Below, in pieces: positions 19,998-29,582 of a DNA stretch of 64,000 nucleotides (positions are counted from its first letter, which is position 1; every line of letters begins with the position of its first letter). The stretch is from an uncultured Spirochaetota bacterium (GTDB taxonomy: Bacteria > Spirochaetota > Spirochaetia > SZUA-6 > Fen-1364). The stretch spans positions 2,048,001-2,112,000 of the forward strand of contig CAWGAA010000001.1 in NCBI GenBank assembly GCA_963820525.1, in the 5' to 3' direction. The notes below the pieces were generated by a model. That model saw only the letters and a list, made by a program, of their open reading frames with translations. It made no database searches and was not told the origin of the DNA. Made by a program: the position numbers and the translations under genes.

Positions 19998-20564
19998 TTA
20001 CAGAAAAAAGAAGTATCTTGGTATGCGCTCCATGTACTGGCGATAATTTTCTCCATATTTATTTATACAGGCTTTTTCTTCATCAAGAATTTGTCTGTGG
20101 TAAATGATACCCACCAGAACTACCAACCCAATATAAAGCCATATCCCAGCAGCGATCGCCGAACCTAAGAGCGCAAAAAACAATCCCAGCCATTGAGGGT
20201 TACGTGAGATACGATAAGGCCCATTCACGACTGGTTGGCCGACAGGTGTTTTTCTGAAATAATAGAGAGCGCTCATTTCCAATACGAAGCCAATCAAATA
20301 GACTGTGGCACCTGAGAGAAAAACTGGATTACGGATATTCATTGGAGTTAAAATCATCATCAGAATATATGCCATCATCGCAAGTTGCCCGAACAGGCGA
20401 ATGAACGTGAACATGCTTTTATTCTCATATTTCGGATTATTGAAAAGCCAGACTCTTGCCTCCTTTGAGTACAATGATACAGAGATAATAAGCCCCATAA
20501 AATAGATGATGAGCGGTATCCATCCATTCACTATGCCTACTTGAAATGCGGGTAATAAATACAT
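19998..20564 (-). CDS. Isoprenylcysteine carboxylmethyltransferase/PEMT-family membrane protein
   Basis: GPYRISRNPQWLG and EEKAC..KYGENY motifs; AGGAG RBS; preceded by a GTTGGGC core site at 20602-20596. Confidence 0.8.
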   Translation of the reverse strand: MYLLPAFQVGIVNGWIPLIIYFMGLIISVSLYSKEARVWLFNNPKYENKSMFTFIRLFGQLAMMAYILMMILTPMNIRNPVFLSGATVYLIGFVLEMSALYYFRKTPVGQPVVNGPYRISRNPQWLGLFFALLGSAIAAGIWLYIGLVVLVGIIYHRQILDEEKACINKYGENYRQYMERIPRYFFFL

Positions 20565-20632
20565 CTCTTACTCCTGCGAAAATTGTAGCGGTACCGCCCA
20601 ACATTAATGTCGCCGCGGGTGTCCCTAGCTCA

Positions 20633-21238
20633 TCACCCTGCGCCGTGCTCGGTAACGTACTCGAGGTACCGCGAGGCCACAAGGTGGAGCACATAAAATG
20701 CGAAACGGGGATTTTGATAGTACAACTGGAGGACTTTGGCCTCGGTTATCTTGCCGATCGTCGAGTCTTCTGCGCAAACGGCCGTGCTGAGCCTCTCCTT
20801 CACGGGCGAGAAAATGCCGAATTCCCCGAGAGACGACCCTTTCCCCACGGTCTTTCCGAGATCCGGCAAGAGAACCGATCCCGAGAGAACGCAGTACATA
20901 GCATCGGCCTTATCGCCTCGCCGAAAAAGGACTTCGTTCTTCCTCATCCGGACCCTGGTCATGTGGGGAATCAAGATCTCGATGGACGGTTCGGCCTCCG
21001 AGACCTCCCTCACCTTTCTTATCAAAAGCATGACTTGAACCAGCCGGAGGATGTTGAGCGGAAAGAGGAAGACGTGAAGAATCAGCACGGGATAAAGCTG
21101 GCCGAAACCGCCGTAGATCATGAAGAAGACATTGGAGCAGATCGCGAGTATCCGGAGGGGAATCATCGTCTTGGAATAGAAGCTCGCCGCCACAAGAACG
21201 GAGGCGACGTAGCCGGCGATGTCGATCCACGTGATCAT
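20633..21238 (-). CDS. Membrane protein with C-terminal cNMP-binding domain
   Basis: TM N-terminus (LRILAICSNVFF..YG); LFRRGD, LGEFG and RLSTA. Confidence 0.85.
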   Translation of the reverse strand: MITWIDIAGYVASVLVAASFYSKTMIPLRILAICSNVFFMIYGGFGQLYPVLILHVFLFPLNILRLVQVMLLIRKVREVSEAEPSIEILIPHMTRVRMRKNEVLFRRGDKADAMYCVLSGSVLLPDLGKTVGKGSSLGEFGIFSPVKERLSTAVCAEDSTIGKITEAKVLQLYYQNPRFAFYVLHLVASRYLEYVTEHGAG

Positions 21239-22644
21239 GGTCTTTCTCCCGTGAAATGGATGGCCATGAGCGTGATGTCGTCGTACTGCTCGGCCTCTCC
21301 AGAGAATTCCTTGATCTTCGCCAGGACGTCTTCGATGATTCCATGGACATCCTTTCCCGTCCCGCAGATTTCGACCAGCGCATTCGTGAGTCTTTTTCCC
21401 GTGAACATCTCGCGCCCCGGATTGCTCGCCTCCGTGACGCCGTCGGTATAGAGGAAGAGAAAATCGCCCGGCATGAGGCGCAGCGTCTGGTTGCTGAACG
21501 TAAGAGCCGGCATGTTGCCGACAATGCAGTTCCTGTCCACGGGCACGAGCTTGAGTCCCGTCGGAGCGGAGAAGACAAACGGAGGCAGATGACCGCCGTT
21601 GGAGTACTCCGTCTCGCCCGTCTTGATGTCGAGGATTCCGCAGAATACCGTCACGAAGGAGCAGGATTCGTTGTCGGGATAAAGGATCTCGTTTACCCGC
21701 CTGAGCACCTCCTGAGGCGGGCAGCCGCGCATGGCCTCCGTCTTGAGGAGCGTCTTGACGATCGTCATGAAAAGAGCCGCCGGCACGCCTTTATCGGAGA
21801 CGTCGCCGACCAGGAAACAGAGCTTGTTCTCCCCCACGAGAAAGAAATCGTAGAAGTCCCCTCCCACGTCCTTGGCTGGATTCATGCAGGCGTAGATGTC
21901 GAATTCCTTCCTGTTGGGGAACGGCGGAAAGATCCTCGGAAGCATGCTGGCCTGTATTTCCTGGGCCGTCTTCAACTCGGCCTCGATCTTGTCCTTCTTG
22001 TTCTTGATCGACCTGTAGTTCAGCGCCCGATTCACCATGAAGGAAAACATAAAAAGCCCGAAGGAGTTGGCCACCGTCATGGGGATAATAATGCTTCGAA
22101 CAGTGCCCCAGGGATCCGGATTGGGCCCGGGGATCAGCACGACCAACAGCATGTGGAGCAATTCGAAGCATCCGGCGTAGAGGCCGGCGAAGAGCGGCCG
22201 GATGAATTTCTTTCTCATGACGAGGAAAACGATTCCGCCGAAGACGCCGGATAGAAAAGCGGCGAGGGAACAAGGAATCGTCGTGTTGCCGGGGATCGAG
22301 AGCCGATAGAGTCCGGTGATGAGCCCGGTCCCGATGCCGGCCACGGGGCCGCCAAGCATCCCCGCTATGGCTGCGGGAAGATCGCGGACGTTGGCGAACA
22401 CCCCCCCGCCCATGGGGAAGGCGTCGATCGACGCGAAGATCCCGAGGATGCCGAAAAGAACGATGATGACGATCGTGTCCTTCACACTGGAAAGCATTTT
22501 CTCCGAGCGCTCGATCCTATTGAGAGCGCCGGACTGGAAGAGGATGTAGAAGATAATCAAGAGGGTGCAGACGTACTGGATGAGATCGAAGAACATGATC
22601 AATCCGGTTGATATCCCGTCCCATGAGCCGGCTAGATTCGGCAT
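21235..22644 (-). CDS. PP2C/SpoIIE (RsbU-like) phosphatase with LytS-type 5TM sensor
   Basis: ANVRD..AIAGMLGGP (5TMR-LYT); VGGDFYD, GDVSDKG, YTDGVTE, DDITL. Confidence 0.92.
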   Translation of the reverse strand: MPNLAGSWDGISTGLIMFFDLIQYVCTLLIIFYILFQSGALNRIERSEKMLSSVKDTIVIIVLFGILGIFASIDAFPMGGGVFANVRDLPAAIAGMLGGPVAGIGTGLITGLYRLSIPGNTTIPCSLAAFLSGVFGGIVFLVMRKKFIRPLFAGLYAGCFELLHMLLVVLIPGPNPDPWGTVRSIIIPMTVANSFGLFMFSFMVNRALNYRSIKNKKDKIEAELKTAQEIQASMLPRIFPPFPNRKEFDIYACMNPAKDVGGDFYDFFLVGENKLCFLVGDVSDKGVPAALFMTIVKTLLKTEAMRGCPPQEVLRRVNEILYPDNESCSFVTVFCGILDIKTGETEYSNGGHLPPFVFSAPTGLKLVPVDRNCIVGNMPALTFSNQTLRLMPGDFLFLYTDGVTEASNPGREMFTGKRLTNALVEICGTGKDVHGIIEDVLAKIKEFSGEAEQYDDITLMAIHFTGERP

Positions 22645-22663
22645 GAACCAAACTCCTTTCCCT

Positions 22664-23083
22664 TCAGAGATACTTGATGAGATCGAGAATGTTCTTGCCG
22701 TCCCGTCGGGCGTACTGCATGCGGTCCATGATGGTCGTCACCAGGTGGATGCCGAGCCCGCCCACGGGGCGCTGGTGGAGAGGCAGCGAGAGCGTATCCG
22801 GAGGGACTTGCGAGATCGGATTAAAGGGCACGCCGGAATCTGATATGGTGACGCAGAGGCCCGCGGGGTTGTTGGCGGGTTGGACTTCTATCTCCATGTC
22901 GCCCGTTGCTTCCGGGTACGCATATTGGATGATGTTGACGAGGATCTCCTCGCAGGCGAGCCGAATTCGAGAAACCCCGAGATTGTCGAAGCCCATGGTC
23001 CGCGCGATCCCTACCACGAAATCCAGCGCGTCCTCCAGATTGCAGAGTCGGGCTTCTTTTCTCAGATATGGCATAAAAGCCAC
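22664..23083 (-). CDS. Anti-sigma factor / Ser kinase (RsbW-like)
   Basis: ACEEILVNIIQYAY, DSGVPFNP and GGLGIHLV motifs. Confidence 0.9.
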   Translation of the reverse strand: MAFMPYLRKEARLCNLEDALDFVVGIARTMGFDNLGVSRIRLACEEILVNIIQYAYPEATGDMEIEVQPANNPAGLCVTISDSGVPFNPISQVPPDTLSLPLHQRPVGGLGIHLVTTIMDRMQYARRDGKNILDLIKYL

Positions 23084-23090
23084 CCGGTTT

Positions 23091-23405
23091 TTAGTATTTG
23101 TCCTGCACGGTCATGAAATTGGCCAATCCCGTCAGATTGATGACGTCCAAGACCGCCTCCGAGGCGCCGATGAGAAAGACTCGACTGCCTTCTCCGACCT
23201 TCTGCTTGGCAAAGACTATGACCCGGATGCCGGCGCTCGAGATGTATTCGAGTTTCTCGGCGAAGAACACCATGTCGTTGATCTGTCGGCCTTTGTATCG
23301 GGCGATCTCTTCCGAAAGCGCCGGCGCATTGGCGGCATCCAGACGGCCAGAGAGGTGGATTTTCAGCACGCCGGTGTCGTATTCAACTTTGAATCGGGAT
23401 TCCAT
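23091..23405 (-). CDS. STAS anti-sigma factor antagonist (RsbV-like)
   Basis: LSGRLDA and YISSAGIR (phosphorylatable Ser). Confidence 0.92.
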   Translation of the reverse strand: MESRFKVEYDTGVLKIHLSGRLDAANAPALSEEIARYKGRQINDMVFFAEKLEYISSAGIRVIVFAKQKVGEGSRVFLIGASEAVLDVINLTGLANFMTVQDKY

Positions 23406-23466
23406 ATCAACTCCTTAATTCGGCGGTTGTCCGTGGCCCCCCGGGGCAATTTTACATCGTTTTCCT

Positions 23467-25581
23467 TTACTTGCCAACGAGGATGATTATGGACCGCGGG
23501 CCGACGAGAATCTCGTCCTGGTCCAACGGAGCCTCCTTCCCCGGCTCCGCTATGTCTTGGGGGGGAGCCATTGCGGTGTTGGCGAAAACAAACCATCGTC
23601 TTTGCGGAGGCAGGCGAGGCGGTTCGAATCCGTGCATATCCCAGTGCATGTTCATGGCCACGTAGACGTCGTCGTCGGAGACCCGGCCTTGCCGGGCATG
23701 CCGGCCGCAGAGCATGAACGCGAGGCATCGGCTGGACGGCGAGAAATCCGCGTTCCACGCCTTTTGCCCGTGCCAGGTGATATCGGCGAATCCACTGCCC
23801 ATGTAGTCCTGATTTCTGAAATGCGCGGGACTGCGCAGCACCGAATGCGCTCGGCGAAACGCGATAATCCTTTTGAAGAACGCGCTTATCTCCTGGTTCT
23901 GTGTGAGCAAATCCCAGTTCAGCCAGGAAGTCTCGTTGTCTTGACAATACGCGTTGTTATTGCCGCCCTGCGTCCTTCCCATCTCGTCCCCGAAAAGGAT
24001 CATGGGCACTCCCTGGCTCACCATGAGAAGACTCACCGCGTTCTTGATCTGACGCGTTCGCAGTTCCCCAACGCCCGGATCCGAGGAGTGGCCTTCCCAA
24101 CCGCAGTTCCAGCTAAGGTTGTCGTTATTGCCGTCACGGTTATTCTCCCCATTGGCCTCGTTGTGTTTGGTGTTGTATGAGACCAGGTCCATGAGCGTAA
24201 ACCCGTCGTGGCAGGTGATGAAGTTGATCGAGGCGTTCGTGTTTCGCCTTTGCCACTCGTAGAGATCGGGAGATCCCTGAAGCCGTTGCGCCATGGCTGC
24301 CGCGCATCCTTCGTCCCCTTTGAGAAAACGACGAACATCGTCGCGATACCTGCCGTTCCATTCCGCCCAACGACCCCAGGAGGGGAAGGACCCGACCTGA
24401 TACAGGCCGCCCGCATCCCAGGCCTCCGCAATGAGCTTGCACTTGCCGAGGATGGGATCAAAAGCGAGGGTCTCCAGGAGCGGGGGATTGGCCATGGGCG
24501 CCCCGTTTTGGTCCCGGCCCAGTATGGAGGCGAGATCGAACCGGAATCCGTCCACATGGTACTCGGAAGCCCAGAATCGGAGACAATCGAGAATCATGGT
24601 GCGGACTATGGGGTTGTTGCAGTTGAGAGTGTTTCCACATCCCGAGAAATTGAGGTAGTAGCCGTCGGGGGTAAGCATGTAGTAGGTCTTGTTGTCGATA
24701 CCCCGATAGGAGATATAAGGGCCGTTTTCATTGCCTTCCGACGTGTGGTTGAAGACAACGTCCAGAATGACTTCAATGCCGGCACCATGGAGGGTCTTGA
24801 CCGTTGCCTTGAGCTCGTCCGCCTGCATGCCGAGTTTTCCCGTGGCGGCGTATCCGGCTTTGGGCGCAAAGAACCCGAGATTGGAGTAGCCCCAGTAGTT
24901 CAACAGGCGTTCGCCGGTGATGGGGGAGACGCGGGAGCCCTCGAACTCGTCGAACTCATGGATGGGCATGAGTTCCACGCAATTCACGCCGAAGTCCTTG
25001 AGATAGGGGATCTTCTCGCAAATGCCCGCGAACGTGCCGGGATGCCTGATCTTCGAAGACGAATGGGCGGTGAATCCCCTGACGTGCATCTCGTAGATCA
25101 CGAGATCCTCCATGGGGATTTCCAGGGGTTTGTCGCTCTCCCAATTGAAGTCGTCGAAAAACACGCGCGAACGGTGGGAGTACTTCCTGCGCCAGTCCGG
25201 TTCCCTGCCCCATTCGTCCCGGCCGGCGATTACCCGGGCATAGGGATCCGTCAAGAACTTCGTCCTGTCGAAGCGGTGTCCGCCGCCGGGATCAAACGGC
25301 CCATCCATCCGAAAGGCATAGTCGACGTTTTCAAAGTCGAAATCGAACACGATCATCGTGTACACATTCCCGATCCGGAATTCGTCCAGGAAGGGGATCA
25401 CGGCGAACGGCTCTTCCTCATCCTTTCGAAACAGAGCCAGCTCGCAGGACACGGCGTGAGACGAGAACACGGAGAAGTTGACGCCCTCAGGCACGAGCGT
25501 CGCTCCGAAGGGCAGCGGCTTGCCGACGCGGAGGTCGAATCCGGCCATCTTGTGCGTGGGATGCGTGTCGATTCGTATCAT
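23467..25581 (-). CDS. glgX: Glycogen debranching enzyme / isoamylase (GH13)
   Basis: PFGAT, YEMHVRGFT, NYWGY, DVVFNH, DGFRFDL, AEAWD, CHDGFTL, GNNNAYCQD. Confidence 0.95.
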   Translation of the reverse strand: MIRIDTHPTHKMAGFDLRVGKPLPFGATLVPEGVNFSVFSSHAVSCELALFRKDEEEPFAVIPFLDEFRIGNVYTMIVFDFDFENVDYAFRMDGPFDPGGGHRFDRTKFLTDPYARVIAGRDEWGREPDWRRKYSHRSRVFFDDFNWESDKPLEIPMEDLVIYEMHVRGFTAHSSSKIRHPGTFAGICEKIPYLKDFGVNCVELMPIHEFDEFEGSRVSPITGERLLNYWGYSNLGFFAPKAGYAATGKLGMQADELKATVKTLHGAGIEVILDVVFNHTSEGNENGPYISYRGIDNKTYYMLTPDGYYLNFSGCGNTLNCNNPIVRTMILDCLRFWASEYHVDGFRFDLASILGRDQNGAPMANPPLLETLAFDPILGKCKLIAEAWDAGGLYQVGSFPSWGRWAEWNGRYRDDVRRFLKGDEGCAAAMAQRLQGSPDLYEWQRRNTNASINFITCHDGFTLMDLVSYNTKHNEANGENNRDGNNDNLSWNCGWEGHSSDPGVGELRTRQIKNAVSLLMVSQGVPMILFGDEMGRTQGGNNNAYCQDNETSWLNWDLLTQNQEISAFFKRIIAFRRAHSVLRSPAHFRNQDYMGSGFADITWHGQKAWNADFSPSSRCLAFMLCGRHARQGRVSDDDVYVAMNMHWDMHGFEPPRLPPQRRWFVFANTAMAPPQDIAEPGKEAPLDQDEILVGPRSIIILVGK

Positions 25582-25582
25582 G

Positions 25583-27421
25583 TCAGCCCTCGACCGGCGT
25601 CAGGGTCACCTTGATCTTCGGTCTATGGTTAGAGTTCGGCAGCTCCACAGAAAGCCCGGTTGCGTCGAATTTCCTCCAGGGACTGGAATCGACCATCACC
25701 TCGGTGATCTTTACGCTGCCCGGCGGGAGGAAATCGGGTTGGACCCGGAGGATTCCGTCCGGGAAGCCGTCCAGATGGGGCTTGAAATGCAGCACGAGCG
25801 GCTGTTTTGTATGGAGAAGGTTCGTGTAGACCTGGGCGAGGTAGCAGAGCTCCGTGGAATGGTATCCACTCATGGAATGGCTTCCCTTCAGCCGCTCCGT
25901 TCCGACAAGGAAGGGAATGCCGTTGGCGAGGACGTTAAAATAGACGGCGCCGTCGTCGTGGTCAAGGAAAAAAGTGTTGTAGAACGCGGTGGACTCTCGT
26001 CCGATTTTAAGATATGCGGGTTTCTTCAGTATGCCGTACAGAATCTGGTAGGCGAGGATGCCCTGCTCCTGCTGCCACCACGCCTTGCGGTCGTGCCAGG
26101 CAAACCGATGAAGCTGTTCGCCTTTCTGCTTCATCCGCTCCACGACGTCGTACCACCCGAATCTCTGCCTGTCCATTCCTGACTCGGGCATCAGCGCGGC
26201 GATCTTTTCCGCGAGTTTGACATACCGCTGGTCAGGGACAACGCTGTTGATCCGCATCAGGTTCCAGGCGATCTTGAGATTATGGCCTATCACGGCGCGA
26301 TTCTGCTGCCATCCCCACGCCTGGTCCTTGCTCCAGTCCTCGAAGAACTTTTCCTGCACAAAAGGGCTTGCCGCGTAGTCCGGGAAGCGTTCTACGATGC
26401 AGTCGGCCGTGGACTTCAGGAAATCGATGTGCTTCTTCTCGCCCGACGCAAGGCAGAGGTTGATGAGGTAGGCGGGCGCGTGATCGCCCACCGAGTTCCA
26501 GTTCTTCTTGGCCCGGTTGCGGCCGAGGCTCTCGCTGCGGGGGTCCAGGGTCACGGGATCCAGGTGGGAGAAGTATCCGCCCTTCTTCCTGTCAAGGAAG
26601 AACCGGTCGAACAGGTCGATCGTCATGCGGATGTCTTTCATGATCCGGGGGTCGCCGTTTATCCTGTAGGCCTGCGTGGGACCGGCCAGTGCGTAGATCT
26701 GCTCATAAGCGGGGATGGCGTCGTAGTCGTCGCCGAACTCGGAGGCGAAGATCTTGTCCTCATTTTCTCCCGAAACCTTGATCCCGTGGTACCAGTAGAT
26801 AATGTTCTCATCGACGTCGTAAAAGCGCATGTGATCGCGCAGGTATTGAGTTCCCTTCTCGGCCGCTTCAAGGTACTCGTTGTTTCCCGTAAGCAGGAAC
26901 GCGGTGGCGAAGCCGTACACGAGACGGGAGATGGTGTCCGTCTCCTGACGGAAATTGTTCTCGTAATGGCCCTTGCGTTCGCCCGTCAGGTCTATCTGCG
27001 TGCAGTATTGGCGGTAATCGATCCGGTGCTCTTTTCCGAACTGGGCTCTCAGGTAGAACTTACAGATTCCTTCAACCTGCTTGATCCACCAATCCGGTTC
27101 CTCAAAGCGGTACTTGCCGGGTTTCTTGCCCGGGAAGTCCAGGGCCTTTGCCTCGAAGAAGTACTCGCCGTCCTTCGGATAATAGACTCCATACGCGAAA
27201 ACCATCTGCCCCTTTTCCAGCAGTTCCGGTACTTGCGCCGTGCAGTCGATGTACGGCTCGTCAAGATTGCGAAGGATGCGGGCGTACAGGTTTATGCCCA
27301 GGATAACGTTGTACATCCTGCCGTCTGACGTCTCCATCCGAAAGGTATTCGCGGCCTTATCGAAGTCGACGACATATCCACTGATGGTGTCCGAAAACTC
27401 AAATCCGCTGATTTTCATCAT
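25583..27421 (-). CDS. Long-form AGE-family (N-acylglucosamine 2-epimerase-like) epimerase/isomerase
   Basis: 612 aa; SRLVYGFATA, KNWNSVGDH, GHNLK, AWWQQEQ and K.SHSMSGYH motifs of the (alpha/alpha)6 family, plus N- and C-terminal extensions. Confidence 0.85.
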   Translation of the reverse strand: MMKISGFEFSDTISGYVVDFDKAANTFRMETSDGRMYNVILGINLYARILRNLDEPYIDCTAQVPELLEKGQMVFAYGVYYPKDGEYFFEAKALDFPGKKPGKYRFEEPDWWIKQVEGICKFYLRAQFGKEHRIDYRQYCTQIDLTGERKGHYENNFRQETDTISRLVYGFATAFLLTGNNEYLEAAEKGTQYLRDHMRFYDVDENIIYWYHGIKVSGENEDKIFASEFGDDYDAIPAYEQIYALAGPTQAYRINGDPRIMKDIRMTIDLFDRFFLDRKKGGYFSHLDPVTLDPRSESLGRNRAKKNWNSVGDHAPAYLINLCLASGEKKHIDFLKSTADCIVERFPDYAASPFVQEKFFEDWSKDQAWGWQQNRAVIGHNLKIAWNLMRINSVVPDQRYVKLAEKIAALMPESGMDRQRFGWYDVVERMKQKGEQLHRFAWHDRKAWWQQEQGILAYQILYGILKKPAYLKIGRESTAFYNTFFLDHDDGAVYFNVLANGIPFLVGTERLKGSHSMSGYHSTELCYLAQVYTNLLHTKQPLVLHFKPHLDGFPDGILRVQPDFLPPGSVKITEVMVDSSPWRKFDATGLSVELPNSNHRPKIKVTLTPVEG

Positions 27422-27431
27422 GCCCCCCGCC

Positions 27432-29453
27432 TCATACGTTGGAAGGATCGTGATCGGCGCCCATCCCGATCAGTCGGACAGGCCGGAAGGGATACTTCCC
27501 GAGCTTCCTGTCGCCATAATAGCCGTCGTAGCCGAATTGGAAATTCACGCCCCATGCGAACGTGGCGCCGAAAGCGGACGATGAAAGATAGAAGCCCTGT
27601 GGCTTTGTAACGGTATCCGGAAAAAAATCGGGATGAAACCATTTGCCGTCGTTGTAGGAGAGGTCAACCAGAGTGCCGAGCTCTCGGATGTTGGCCAGCC
27701 TCCAATCCCGATGACCGCCCGTGTCGAGGTTTTCACAGTAACTGAGCGCTTCGGCAAGGGTCATGGGAGAAACCTCATCCTTCTTCCACATCAGCCTGGT
27801 GACATGGTCCGTCACGGTTCCGTCCCTGTTGTCGGAAAACGAGTAGCGTTCAGCGTCTCCGAAGGCGGGGTTGTAACCGCCGCGGACCGCGCGTACCGGA
27901 TACGGGATGTCCTTGTGATAGCAGATCGCGCAGCCGTAGGCGAAATACACGCCCCACGCCATTTTCTGATCGGCGTGGTAAGAATCCTTGGACCAGTAAA
28001 ACTCGGGCCGCGCATCAGGGAAGAAAGCGGGATCGACCGCGGGGATGGCGTCACTGTAAACTGCTATGGTCCTGAGTTCTTCGCGGTTTGGCAGTCTCCA
28101 GTCCGAGTAACCTCCGTAGTTCGCGCGGTTCAGGCCATCCACAAATTCCCGGGCGCCCGACCAACTGTACCGATCAAGTCTATAGTTCAAGGCGCCGGCC
28201 TCGGGGGACTTAATCTCCCAGACCAGGCCCGTCGAGCCGTCTATCACCATCCGCCATCCCTGATCCCAACCGGCGCTCGCGGGCAGAGGAAGCCCCCGAT
28301 CCCGAAGTCGGACAAACCCGCGCGGTTGCTGATGCTGCGCGTCCTGCCCGAAGAGAGGCTCGCCTTTATTCGGAGCGTCAATACGGACGCCTTCCACATC
28401 GTAGCAGGCGGTCTGGCCCGTTGCGGGAAGAACGAAAACCTCGGGTTTCGGTTTCGGAGGCTCGATGTTCCGAACGGCCCTGTAAAGGAGTTTGGCGTCC
28501 CTTCCCGCATAGTATCCGTCGTATCCGAAATTGAAATTCGTGACCCACGCGAATGTTCTTTCATGGACCGTGGACGAGAAGTAGTGAAGAAAGGGAGGAA
28601 CGAGCCCTTCACCCGGGAAGACATCCTTGAAGAACCAGGAGTTGCCGGTATACGCGAGGTTCAGGATCGAATTGATCTCCTTGATGTTCGGCAGCCGCCA
28701 ATCGGCGAAGCCCGCCAGCCGAAGGTTTCGACATCCCTCCAGGGATTCGTACCAGTTCGAACGGGGGTTCTCAGCGCGCTGCCACATGAGTCCGGTGGCG
28801 AGATCCGTCACCGTGCCGTCCCGGTTGTCGACGAACCGCCGGGCATCCATCTTTCCGAACAGCTTACTCCATCCGCCACGCACTGCCATGGCGTAACGCC
28901 GCGCGGCCTTGGCCTGGGCCGTCGCGGCGCCGAGGCCGGAGAAGATGGCCCAGGCAAGGTACGGCTGCATCTCGTACGTCGCGTCGCACCAGAACATGCC
29001 GATACGGCAGGACGGGAAATACCATGGATCCAGCGCCGGGCTTGTCCGGCCATAGTCGAAAACGGATCGAAGCTCGTCCTTGTTCGGCATTCGCCAGTCG
29101 TCGAATCCGCCGTAGCGCTTGCGGTTCAATTCCGCCACATGGACCGTTCGCGCCTCTTCCCACGTGAAAAGAGCGTCGGCGGCATTGACGTCGGCCGGAT
29201 CAGGGGATTTGACTTCCCAGACCAATCCGGTGTTGTCGTCGAGGACGGTGCGAAAACCGTCGACCCATCCGGCAGAGTCCTCAAGAACTCCGCCCCGCTC
29301 GTCCAGTTTCTTGAAGGCAGGCGGATTCGTCACGGAGCATCCGTTCTGACCCCATAGGGGATCTCCGGGGGCGGGCTGAATTTCGTTTCCATCCCGGTCG
29401 TAGCATCGGACCTGTCCCGTGTCGGGAAACCGGAAGCAATTCTCCCCGCTCAT
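27432..29453 (-). CDS. Protein with four DUF1566 (Lcl, C-type lectin fold) domains
   Basis: Four copies of D..TGL.W ... DWR(L/M)(P/A)N..EL ... W.V.F..G ... VR; two PxTGQxxCYD units; AAGGAG RBS; no evident signal peptide. Confidence 0.88.
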   Translation of the reverse strand: MSGENCFRFPDTGQVRCYDRDGNEIQPAPGDPLWGQNGCSVTNPPAFKKLDERGGVLEDSAGWVDGFRTVLDDNTGLVWEVKSPDPADVNAADALFTWEEARTVHVAELNRKRYGGFDDWRMPNKDELRSVFDYGRTSPALDPWYFPSCRIGMFWCDATYEMQPYLAWAIFSGLGAATAQAKAARRYAMAVRGGWSKLFGKMDARRFVDNRDGTVTDLATGLMWQRAENPRSNWYESLEGCRNLRLAGFADWRLPNIKEINSILNLAYTGNSWFFKDVFPGEGLVPPFLHYFSSTVHERTFAWVTNFNFGYDGYYAGRDAKLLYRAVRNIEPPKPKPEVFVLPATGQTACYDVEGVRIDAPNKGEPLFGQDAQHQQPRGFVRLRDRGLPLPASAGWDQGWRMVIDGSTGLVWEIKSPEAGALNYRLDRYSWSGAREFVDGLNRANYGGYSDWRLPNREELRTIAVYSDAIPAVDPAFFPDARPEFYWSKDSYHADQKMAWGVYFAYGCAICYHKDIPYPVRAVRGGYNPAFGDAERYSFSDNRDGTVTDHVTRLMWKKDEVSPMTLAEALSYCENLDTGGHRDWRLANIRELGTLVDLSYNDGKWFHPDFFPDTVTKPQGFYLSSSAFGATFAWGVNFQFGYDGYYGDRKLGKYPFRPVRLIGMGADHDPSNV

Positions 29454-29493
29454 GACTTTCTCCTTTCTGACCGAACGGTTGTTTGTCTTTGGG

Positions 29494-29556
29494 CAGTATA
29501 ACACATGCGAGTGGGGCTAAATAAGCATTGCTCGCCAGTGCTATTGGAAGTACAAT
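29494..29556. promoter_or_regulatory. Divergent sigma70-like promoters
   Basis: + strand TTGCTC-17-TACAAT (29528-29556); - strand extended -10 TGT-TATACT (29502-29494). Confidence 0.5.
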
Positions 29557-29582
29557 ACCATGACGCGCATCCGGAGGAAAAA

